Assembly (NCBI RefSeq): GCF_036321535.1
Contig: NC_087437.1
Span: forward strand, 109,742,001-109,806,000
Source of the DNA: Camelus dromedarius
Lineage: Eukaryota
DNA length: 64,000 nt
Direction of reading: 5' to 3'
Shown here: positions 25,723-36,186 of the stretch, piece by piece
Numbering within the stretch: the stretch's first letter is position 1
Layout of the letters: every line of letters begins with the position of its first letter
Translations under genes and position numbers: made by a program
Notes under the pieces: generated by a model
The model's input: only the letters and a program-made list of their open reading frames with translations
The model's database searches: none
Told to the model about the DNA's origin: nothing

Positions 25723-27044
25723 ACTGCCTTTGTTAACAACTGGCACTAAAATCCCTCAGACCATAGTGCCTAGAATACAAGAATATGAAGATGTGAAAAC
25801 ACTCATTTCAGTAGAATACATGGGAAAATTATAGCCTGGCTTTTTTTATTAAATCAGTTGAATGGAGTTCCCTAGTAAGTGTTCACACTTTGTTCAGGCT
25901 TTCAACAAAAATGTATTTAAACATTTATTTGTCCAAAAAAATTGTTCTTAAGTGAAAGTCACAACTTTTATTATTGTATTATTGCCTTTCCTTTCCTTTT
26001 GTTTTCTTTTTAACTGTAGGATGTGGTTCAGAGACCCAGCAGGATTGTGCTCCTCTTGAGAGCAGATGTTTATTGTTGGGTCCAACGTTTTTGTTTTCAA
26101 ATGTCTCATGACATCTAACCCAGTTCCTTGGCTAGTGCGCTCACTAAGTACTTGTCAATGTATTGATGGCTTTGACCAAGATACTAATTAATGAGGCAGG
26201 CATAAAGTCCATGAAAATGAGATAGAGAAAGCTTTCTAAGAACACTTGTGATAATATGACTCTGTTGTGCAAATCCTTTGACAGATTACAAATAAAGAAC
26301 TCCACATTCTAGTTTTCAAGGTCTTCCTTATACTGAACACTTAACTTTTCCAAATATAACTCAGATTGCTCCCTATCGTGTATGCCTGTGTTCTGATTCA
26401 CATTTCCCTGAACATACCTAGGGTGTTTCCATATTTATAGCTCCACTTTGACATCTTTTCAAAATTTCTTTCACCCGTTTTCACCCCTGGGAATCCCATG
26501 CTTCCCCAAGGTCTGCCTCAATTTCTGTCTCCTCTGAAAGCACACTCCTCTTATGCACACCCTTAATTCACGTTATCCCGCTCTTCTTCAAGTCCAGAGC
26601 ATCTTGTTTTTCAAATGGCAGTTATCACAGATTGCATTTCTTTTCTTTGTTTCTTTGATTTGTTTCTGTGTTTTGTTGGAGTGACTTCTCTATGGTACAG
26701 GAGAACTTACAGTCTTTATTGGATCTAATGAAAAATATTTATTGCATACATTATTGAAATAATAAAATGAATCATCTAAATTTTGATCTAATTATTTATG
26801 GATTGGCAATTTTTTAAACTTGCTTAATTTCCTTGATGATGGATGTGCTTATCCAGAAATTAAAGATGTCAACACCTACCTTGAGTGGTTAGAGTAAAAA
26901 TTATGTAAGATCCTTTAAGCAAAGCACTTAAAAAACCTTAAACATTTCAAAAATATTCCTGTAGATGCAAAGAAATAGAAAACAAAACATGTTTGATATG
27001 TCGATGGTCATATTAAAAGAGTGAATGAAGTTAAGTGAGACTTT

Positions 27045-27455
27045 CAAATATCACTTACTTGCTCACAATTACATGAAGCAGAGATATGGGCTGGGTTCAG
27101 CCAAGCTCTGCTCCGCATGGCTTAGTGGGGCTTGCTCCTTTATCAGAGACCTTAGTTGGGATTGCTGGAATTACTGGAACGGTTCAGAAGGCTGGACTTT
27201 TCTCTCTACCTGGTCTCTCATCCTTCATCAGGGTGGTCTGGACTAATTAACATGGTAAGAGCATTCCAAGAGAGCAAGACTGAAAGCTGAAAGATTCATA
27301 AGCTGTAAACTCAGACCTTGTTTAATGTTACTTCCTTTGCAGTCTTGGTGAGAGCAAGTCATGAGGTCAGCCCTAAGTCCGGGGCTGGAGAAGTAATCTC
27401 CATCTCATAATAGAACAAACTGAAAATGATTGGTCGTCACTTGCAATCTACCAAA
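27045..27455 (-). mobile_element. MaLR LTR (MLT1H/I/J-like)
   Basis: ttgctcacaatt ... gggctgggttcagcc ... ggtctctcatccttca ... gcaagtcatgaggtcagccc ... ttgcaatctacca. Confidence 0.65.
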
Positions 27456-27951
27456 ACAGAGCTGGAGGACAGGGATATGGAGGGGCATGGATTCTAGAAG
27501 TAATGGAGAGTGTGTTCTGGGTTTGGAGAAAACATATGTGTATTAATGATGTATGTTACAGGTTGAACCCAGTTGCATGCACTCTAAGTATTTATTCATA
27601 GTTATAAAAAAAGAAAACTGAGAAAAGAAAAGAAGATAAGGGCTAATTAAAAGTAGACAGTAGAGTTTAGGATTAGAAATGTGAATGCCTGTGAGCTATA
27701 ATGCAGAAAGCCATACAATAACAGCAATGGTTGGAGGTGAGAGTCTGTGTTTCTGTGTGTAGGAAATACATACAGAATCTGGGAGGGATTTGAGAGATGA
27801 GCAGAGGGGCAAAAGAACTATCTCCATAAACTGAGCAAGTAGCAGTCAGATTAACACTAATGAGTGTAAATGGGGAAGGGACAGGGCTTTAGAACACAAT
27901 GAGCAAGAGTGGGGGAGATAGAGACCATAGCAGGAGACACCTGAGAGATCT

Positions 27952-28050
27952 CAGGTGACCATATCATTTATTATCCAAACTGAGAGTTCTGAGAGAAAAA
28001 GAGATTGCTATTAATTATAACTCCAGGACAACAGGAGTTAAACCAGAATG
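27952..28050 (+). mobile_element. MER81-like hAT DNA transposon fragment
   Basis: caggtgaccatatcatttattatccaaactgagag ... gctattaattataactccaggacaacaggagttaaaccag resembles the remembered MER81 consensus. Confidence 0.65.
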
Positions 28051-30314
28051 TAGCATTCATCAATGTTTTCAGGGACAAAATATATTGTGGCACTTACAAA
28101 AGTAAAAGAAAATTGGTGAAACATGAAGCTTCGGAAAACATAACGAATATTACTTTTGCCTAAGTTTGAGGCCAACAAGACAGACAAGTGAATTACTTTC
28201 TGGACAGAGAAAGCATGTGAACTATAAAGAGCTTAAGTCTTGGTCTGCTGGGTGTTAATAACAATAATTATGTATTCTATTTACATGATGATTTATGATT
28301 AAATTGCTTTCATAGGCACTACCCAATTTTCTCCTCTCAGTAGCCCTTCCAGGTAGAGAGGGTGGTTATTATCGTGCTTATATGGGTGGCGGGGAAGGGC
28401 ACCACATGGAAGAAAGCATACTCTTTCAAGATGCACTGATGTGGGGGGCACAGAGGAGCAATAGCCTTGTGTCCTTGGAAAGTTATGTAACTGCTTTTAG
28501 CATCAGTTTTTTTTTTAACCGGTATAAGAAAAATAAAAAGAATATTTACGTATATATATTTATATGCCTTTAGTCTATTTATAAGCATACAATTCATGTT
28601 AAAAAGTGTTTATTACCTGTCCACATTTTGTAGATGAGAAAAATGACACTCAATTTGAATGGAAGAGCTAGGTTATAAACTCAGATCTTCCGGTCCAGCG
28701 TTTTTTCTACTAAGGCATTTGCCATTTACCGGAAGTTGAAAAAAACAAGAATGAATGAATTCTCAAAGGAAGTAGGTATATATGAGATCTAGTGAAGGAA
28801 TACAGAAGCCATGAATCTTTAAAAACCCTAAAGAAAAATTAAATCAGAAAAAAATTTGAAAAAAGTGACACGATTATTGAAGCAAATCTTTATCAATCTT
28901 TAGGAGTCCAACTCTTTTAGGATAGTCAAAACAGATGTTTCAAGGGGTGCAATATGAATGGAAGCTCCATGCTCAGACAGGTCTGAGGTCAAGTTGTAGG
29001 TGATGGAAGTAGGAGTAAGACGAGGTACCAGAGAAGGGGAGCAGAAAGTTGAGAGGCAGGTCTTTCTGGAGGGAAGCAGGTTTAAGTCTGGAGAATTACT
29101 GATGGAAGGTAGTGTGACCCTGAGTCACACTAGATTGAGATGAATAGGAGTTAACTAGAGAGGCGTACCTTTCTCTGGCCTTAATTCCTTCCATGATCCT
29201 TTTCAACCTTACAATTCTGTGATTCTAAGTCATCAGCAGCTCTGGGAGAGGATGGGAAAAGGGTTTTACAAGAAGCTGTGGTGTCTCCAATGCTTCTGAG
29301 ACTCTTCTTCACAAATTCAAGGCAGCTGTAAGAATTCTTCTCCTCCTGATGAAGTGGAATATTCCTTTATTTCCCTCTTCTGTACCAGTCGAAATTCCCC
29401 CTCCCCTTCCAATCACCATAGCCTTTTCTCCCCGCAACTCTTATTTTTGTTTGCACTGTTTTCTAGTTGTGCCTTACCTTTGTTGTCAGCTATCTTGTAT
29501 AATTTCAGATGTCCTTTATTATATTCTATCATTTTTTTTTCGGAATCTATTTGACAAATTTATTTCTGCCAAACCCATGTCCAGAATAAACCTTGTTATT
29601 AAGAGCATGTGGAGTTATTTGTTCAACTGACGATAGCATTCTTTGTCCCACAGGGAGATGACCCATGATAAAATGTCTGATACAGCTTTACTGTAGTAAA
29701 AGTTTTAGTCATTTTGCTATAGTCATGTCCAAATTATGATTTGCTTCTCTCTGAATATTTTGTTAGTCATTTCTACCAACAAATTCTGAGTTTTACTAAA
29801 TTGCAGTTTAAATTCGGAATTTTGCCCATTTTAAAGCCATTTTCTTGGTGTCCTACTTTGTCTGCAATAATTCCTTAATGGGAAGTCCATTAAATAAATG
29901 TTTGCTTGGAAATTATCCTAAGAGTACCAAAAATACAACACTCTTTTGGACTCACTTAGTAATTGCACTTTTGATTGCCCCTAGGTATGGAACTTTATAT
30001 TATTGTTTGTCTATTTTCTTCCTTCATTAATTCATTATTAATTCATTCTCTCAGCAAACACTTGCCATCTCTTAAGTGCCAGGTGTTTTTCCATGCAGAT
30101 ATTTTTAGAAACTGAACTTAAGTTTTGTTTCAACCCCCCAAGGAATACAAACTTAATCTTATTAAGTGAGAGTCCTTCATTTTCCCAAGGTTGTAGCTGA
30201 GTCCTGTGGAGCCAAAATCATATGATGTCAAGTTATTGATCTGATACTTAAGATTACCATGTGTTAAGTTTGGATTCTGCTGAGATGCCCTATTTCAAAA
30301 TGATTTTCAGTTGT

Positions 30315-30720
30315 TGTATCTCTCAGGTCCAACCAGGAAAAGCAGTATCATTCTAACTATTCAAATTAGTGGAATTTAATAAAGCGACTTGTTAGGCAGA
30401 TTAGGGGGAGATTTGAGAACCAGGGAGAAGACCACAAAGCCTCCTAGACACTAATAATAGTAGAAAGCTGCTGTTTTCCTGACGATGAGGGAATTAAAAG
30501 AAAAGTAATAATTTTTGGACCCAAGAGCTGAGGTGCACTTAGCAGAAGCTGGATCTAAGGTGACCTGGGAAGAAGACATAGTCACCACTGGAGGCATCTG
30601 CCCAAAGAGAAAAGGGGCAGAGCAATACTACCCTCCCATCTCCTCCCTGCGCCTCCTGTTGGCCAAGTCTAGCAGGCAGCCCTGAACATGGAACTCGGGG
30701 AAAGATAGCCTCAAGGGTCT
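30315..30720 (-). mobile_element. Old LTR fragment (family unresolved)
   Basis: tgtatctctcaggtccaaccaggaaaagcag ... ggaatttaataaag ... ccctcccatctcctccctgcgcctcctgttggccaag; possible continuation near 31180-31330. Confidence 0.5.
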
Positions 30721-33700
30721 ATCTGGTGTATCTCACTTCCAGATACAAATCAATTTTTCTTATATTTCTCCTCTACAGGAGAAACCGTTTCCAGTTGTAA
30801 GCTTCAGGTTAACACATTTGTATTATTTACCCTTTAATAACCACTCTATTCTTTATAGACATTACTCTAAAGAAACTCCAATCAGTTCATAAAAGGCCAG
30901 GCTCATTGGAGCTAGCTGGTGTATACACAGTGTGCACCCCAATTCCTGCAGCATAGACACTATCAAGACAGAAGAACAGAACTTGAGTTACTTTAATTCT
31001 GTCATTTCACAGTGACTAGGAGTTTTTATTTATGTTAAAAAATTCAAACAATAAAACTGAGTATTATGTTTTTGTAATATAAGGAAAAACTGACATTGTT
31101 TAGTAAGGCCATCATGTAAAGATAAGAAATAGGTCTGATTAAGGTGGTTTTATTATTACTTTTAAATTCTCTACAGATAGAGGCACCTCTTATTGCTTGT
31201 CCTGGTGAGGACCACTGCCACCACCCACTCTTGGTACATCACTGCACCACCTGCCGGTATCAATCTCCTTAGGATACAGGTTAGAGCAGAGGAAGGTCAA
31301 GGAATGGATCTGGAGACAAACAAGCCATGGACAGCCCCACGTGGCCATCCATGCATGTTCTCACTCTGTTCTCACTTTGTCCCAACAACCAGGACTTTTG
31401 GAATGCTCTGTTCCACTCTCAGGAGAGTAGGAGATATTCGTGTCCTCCCACAGTGTTCTAGCTGTGGAAAAATTGGCTAGATTATCTCTTGGCTTGTCAG
31501 ACTAAACACATCACAGAGATGTTCCTTCTCTCTCAGCTCTGTGAGGGCAGAAGGAAAACTGTCAACATCCTTGGCTCCACCTGGATCAGGACAGAGATAG
31601 TTTCTGTACTTAAATTCAGAAACCCATCAAAGAGTTTATCATTTCTCTTTGTTCCCTTCTCCAAGAACTGGACTAGGGAAGCGCCATAGGGTTCTTCCCA
31701 GGGACACACTGAAATTTAAACCCTTTTATCTCTGCTCCTTTTATTTTACCTTCATCCAAAGAAATCATTCTATAGTCTTAAGATTCAGAAAAACTTGATT
31801 CTGACTGAGCCATTTTATTCTTTGCCCACTATCTCCTCAGAATTTAGTCTTTTCAGACTAAAAAATTAAGAATTGTCTTTAAATTTCTGAGTTCTATTGT
31901 TTCTTCTCTTCCCTGTGGGAGGAGGCACTCCATATTAGTGAAAATCTCAAACTGTTATACTGATGTATATAGTTTCTTTATCATTCCTTAAGTATTCATA
32001 AAGTCTTTACTTAGTACTATGGTTGACTTCCCAATTTCTCAATGTTAGCTATCTGACTTTGGCCAAGTCATATAACTTATAAGTTTCAGTTCTCTTAGTT
32101 AAAATATATTAATAATAATCTTTGCACTGTCTACATTATGTGGTAGTTGTGGAGAACAAGTGAACCCAACAGAATGTTTTCAAGTATGTCAAGATCTTTC
32201 TGCAAAAGGAAACAATCATTAGTGTGCATTTAATTAAATTTATAACCTACAAAGTGTTAGGCTTTTAAAACATTTTTAACCATGTGTGGCTGGATAATAT
32301 TATATCCACCCCTCCACCATCCCTGATCTCCCTGGTCTCCATTCTGGAAGGCAGTTAGCAATGCATTTCACAGGCTCAGTGGAGTAGACAGCAAAAATAA
32401 AAATAAAATAGCTTAGAAAAGTTTTAGTCTTTATTTATGCATTTTTTTGCTTCTTGAAAGCTAAGTGTCTATGAAAATGTGTAAAAATTTGACAGTGGAG
32501 AAGATTTCTGGAAGCAATATTTAAAAAAAAAAAAAGATTGTATGGGAGAAGGCACAGTTTGTTTCACCAGTGCTTGTAGCCAGCTGGTAACCAAGCAAGG
32601 AGGTCAGGTTCCTTCCGACTCTAGGAAATGGTGGCATAGATCATTTGAACACTGGCTGCATTGGTAGTTTCGAAGTTCCCCCAGCAGTTCTAATATGCAT
32701 CCGGGGTTGCAAACAGCCACTGATCCAAACAGTCAAGAACAAGAGAGCCACAAAAAAAGACTGCCAAGCATGAGGGAGCGTTTACAAGACAGAAATGCCT
32801 AAAGGGACCACGTGCACAGGTACAATAGACACCTTCTCAGGAGCCTGTGTGGACTGATGGTCATGGACTGATCCTCCGAATCCACCTCCCAATCATTGCT
32901 TATCCCTGCAGAAGATCCCAAGAACTGTGTGATATGTGGGAAAATACCCACAAAGTTGAATTTAAATTGTATTTTGGAGAAAAAAAAAAGATTCTTTTCA
33001 ATACCTGGTATGTGTTGAATATATTTGTGGTATGAGATTTATATCCATAGTGTGCCTTGAAATTCATTGAAAATTATTAATTTTTTGGTGTAGTAGGAAA
33101 AATATCGCAGCAGAGAGAGGGCAGTAGAATGTTTTTTTTTCCCCCCAAAAGTACAGCTTGATTAATGGAAGGGCAAGGAAAAGAATTTTTAGTCTCTAAA
33201 ACTTTGCCCCGTATTCAGTAGCTAATGGTATCTCCAGTATGTTTATGATTCTACCGTGAGTTATACTATTTTACTCTTTGCTTCTCTGACTAGCAGGATA
33301 ACATGCCTCATTTAGATTCTGGAACTCATCCTGCAAGGCTAATTACTTCTTCTGGTGAGCCAAAGGGTAAGACTAATGATTCCATGACAGCCCTTAAGCA
33401 TATATCTTGCTTGTCTTGATGTCTTAGTTATTTGCCTGCATAAGATAAATGACTTTTTCAACACACCCAATGTTTTGGCCTTTCTGAATTAAATCTGAAG
33501 AAAAAAACAATCTTAGGAAAATCTAATTATTGTTTTTCTAATTTTTACTATTATTATTCTAATTTTGCTATTATTTGAGAATATTCATACTTAACATGGC
33601 CTATATCATTAATGGGCTATCAATTTTTCAAATATGGTTTTATATTATCAAGGGTTTGACTTATTGAAGTCTTGCTGGTAGTCTGCAGAATGGAGTGAGG

Positions 33701-33773
33701 GTTTGACATGAACATCCAGCCTCGACTTATCACTGATTCAATGTTTCTGAATTATTAGATGATCTTTTGCGGA

Positions 33774-33821
33774 CAAATTCATTCTCAAATTGACCCCATG
33801 GTCAATTTGAAAATGAAATTG
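33774..33821. repeat. Inverted repeat/hairpin, 22-bp arms (20/22 paired), 4-nt loop
   Basis: caaattcattctcaaattgacc-ccat-ggtcaatttgaaaatgaaattg; inner 11 bp perfect. Confidence 0.9.
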
Positions 33822-33830
33822 AAAATATTG

Positions 33831-33914
33831 AAATATGTTAGCTACTTTATTTTATTATTTTATATTTTATTGAAAATATGTTAGCTACTTTATTTTATTA
33901 TTTTATATTTTATT
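33831..33914. repeat. 41-bp tandem duplication (period 43)
   Basis: aaatatgttagctactttattttattattttatattttatt at 33831-33871 and 33874-33914. Confidence 0.92.
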
Positions 33915-34880
33915 ATTTTGTAAGTGTGGATATAAAAGAAATATTTGGTGAGCAAACCTAATTTGTTCAGTATAGTTATATACTGTGAATGAAATACATT
34001 TTTATTACAAAATAAACACAATACTTGAAGAGTTAAAATTGAATATCGGTTCACAGGACTTTGGAGATATTCAGAAGCATCCCATATGAGCGGCCCTGTC
34101 CCATGAACACTTGTATACCAACACCCACCCATCCCACACACTTTTAACCCAAAATTGGCATGTTAAATGTGATGTTAAATACATGGGAAGTAAAGAATTA
34201 AGAAAATAATGCATATAATTCAACCAAAACACTATGTCTTAGCCATGCCTGTTTTTTATTAGAGAATAAAAAGGAGGACTTATTTTGGCCTGACTAATTA
34301 CCTGAATCATAACCTGGATTCTTTTTTACGTAACGTGAGTAGACCAGTATAATGACTAAATAAAACAGGGAACAGAAACCATTTCCTTCAACACCCAAAT
34401 CCGATTCTCTAATGAGAACTGTGTTTCCTCTTGATGAGAATTCCATGTCACAGCCTTCTATTGATGAGTCTTATCAAGAAAGGTACTTCTGTTTGCTTGT
34501 AATGCACATCATAGGTTATGAAAGCATAGTTTTTCATTCATAAATCATTTTCCTTTGAATATATAATTCCAAGCAAGTTTAACTACATAAATTAGATGCT
34601 TTGAAATTACCTTCTTAGAGATCCTAACAGAAATGAAAGCTTCCTTCTCCCTAAGAGTGTTTACTTTCCTGTGCATGTGTGTTTCCTAAAGGAGTAACAA
34701 ATCTCTGCATTGAATGAGTATTTCCATATTTTGATAAATTCAATTGAAAATCCTTATTTGATGTCTATCATTTTTCAGATTAGTTGTTTAAAGAAGAAAA
34801 AAGTCATCATTTTAGCTGTCACCATGTTAGCATAAAAATAATTTGGAGAAAAAAATAACAGGTTATGCTTTAGAATATGT

Positions 34881-34886
34881 TTTATT
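34881..34886 (-). terminator. Candidate CLDN17 polyadenylation signal AATAAA
   Basis: tttatt on the + strand, about 365 nt past the stop codon; T-rich sequence downstream on the minus strand. Further AATAAA at 34255-34260 and 34001-34006. Confidence 0.55.
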
Positions 34887-35249
34887 GCTGTAGATTATCA
34901 ATTGCAATAGAATCTGGATTTCTTAACAGATAATATATGATTGTGAAAAAAGATTAGTCTACCATTTTACTAAGGATTATGGTTATACTTGATTTTAGAC
35001 TGCACAAATTGGAAAGGGGATTATTTGAGTCCAGTAATAGTAAATGCATTTAATACACATGAGGTCAGAATGTCCCAAGTCATGTCTATTCCTACCACAG
35101 GTGACTACAGTTTGTATGTCCTTCAAACATTTCATCTCAGTTTGAAAGCAGTCATCAAGCAAGTTCTCCTGCTTGGCTTACTTACAGTTTCTGGCAGGAT
35201 TCTATAAAACACACTGATCATAATCCACACTTTAAGCCGAAAGCAGGTA

Positions 35250-35927
35250 TTAGACGTAACTGGTGGAGGCCCTGTTAAGCACTGTCTCATTCCGTGGTGG
35301 CTTATCTGTGTGTGACACACAATGCCCAGGGGCTGGATGCCTGTGCCCTTGCTTCTTTCTGTTGCAACAGCAGTACCCACAGAGCAGACCCCCTCCGATG
35401 AAGAGGACAGCAGTACTGGCCCAGCCGAGGAAAAGTGCTGCTCCCAGCTCTCGTTTCTGACCTACGTGCACGGCTGGGTTGTAGAAATCTCTGATGATGA
35501 TGTTGGCTGTCCAGCACACCGGAATCAGAACGAAGATGCCCGTCAGGATAAAGAGGACTCCAGAAGTCCCCAGAAGGTATGCTTTGGCCCTCTTGTTCGA
35601 GCCTGTGCACTGAATCTTCTTCATGCCACAGATGCCAATAATCAGAGCAATCAGAGAGAGAGCCACCGCCACACACATGAGGGCCCGGGCTGCCTCCAGG
35701 GCAGGTGGGAGAGCCAGCAAAGAACTATAGAACTTGCACTGCAACCTGACCTTGGCTTGTCGGATGCAGTTCATCCAGAGCCCTTCCCAGAGCCTTTCAA
35801 AGACAATAATGTTGCTGCCAATAAAAGCGGATATTCTCCACTGAGGCAGAAGAGTTGTGGCAAGAGTCCCAACCATGCCAAGGAACCCAAGGACCAGTCC
35901 AGCAATTTGCAGTGGATAAAATGCCAT
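35250..35927 (-). CDS. CLDN17: Claudin-17, tight-junction anion-selective paracellular channel protein, 225 aa, single coding exon
   Basis: MAFYPLQIAGLVLGFLGMVGTLATTLLPQWR N-terminus, claudin signature W30...GLW-x2-C54-x9-C64, four hydrophobic segments, Cys cluster after TM4, C-terminal PDZ motif SYV. True ATG is at 35927 (context GTGATGG); the ORF track starts one codon earlier at GTG. Stop TAA at 35250-35252. Confidence 0.97.
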   Translation of the reverse strand: MAFYPLQIAGLVLGFLGMVGTLATTLLPQWRISAFIGSNIIVFERLWEGLWMNCIRQAKVRLQCKFYSSLLALPPALEAARALMCVAVALSLIALIIGICGMKKIQCTGSNKRAKAYLLGTSGVLFILTGIFVLIPVCWTANIIIRDFYNPAVHVGQKRELGAALFLGWASTAVLFIGGGLLCGYCCCNRKKQGHRHPAPGHCVSHTDKPPRNETVLNRASTSYV

Positions 35928-36002
35928 CACCTTTACTCTGAAGCCTGATCCAACCTGCGGTCGAAGCTGCTCACCAACCAGAACGTGGAGGCCTCTGTGA
36001 GT

Positions 36003-36044
36003 CTACGGCAGTCTCTGATGGTGTTCTCCACTGTTACTGCCCAT
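36003..36044 (-). other. Upstream ORF in the CLDN17 leader (MGSNSGEHHQRLP*)
   Basis: ATG at 36044 in context GTTATGG (-3 G, +4 G), TAG at 36005-36003, 75 nt before the main ATG. Confidence 0.6.
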
Positions 36045-36162
36045 AACGTTTTAGTCCAGACCAGCAGCAGTGACCGAACTTGGCCTAACTAGAAGTACCC
36101 GTCATAAATGCATTCTGTCTTTGTACACACGCATTCATTTCTGAATGGATTATGTAGTAGGC

Positions 36163-36186
36163 ATATATAATTGTTTCCCAGCCAAT
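36163..36186 (-). promoter_or_regulatory. Candidate CLDN17 core promoter: TATA-like box and CCAAT
   Basis: Minus strand TATATAT at 36169-36163; CCAAT on the + strand at 36182-36186; about 240 nt upstream of the ATG. Confidence 0.5.

Noticed and set aside
29110..29132. 9-bp hairpin tagtgtgac-cctga-gtcacacta overlapping an AP-1 site
   Set aside because: Short and isolated, with no other support.
35302..35676. 124-aa alternative-frame ORF inside CLDN17
   Set aside because: Shadow frame within a GC-richer CDS; no independent support.
35928..35930. ORF-track start giving a 226-aa 'MM' protein
   Set aside because: The first codon is GTG; the real ATG is the next codon.
35322..35948. 208-aa + strand ORF antisense to CLDN17
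   Set aside because: It is in exact codon register with CLDN17 (its ATG is the complement of the H202 codon) and stays open simply because CLDN17 lacks TTA/CTA/TCA codons over that span. No recognisable domain or promoter.
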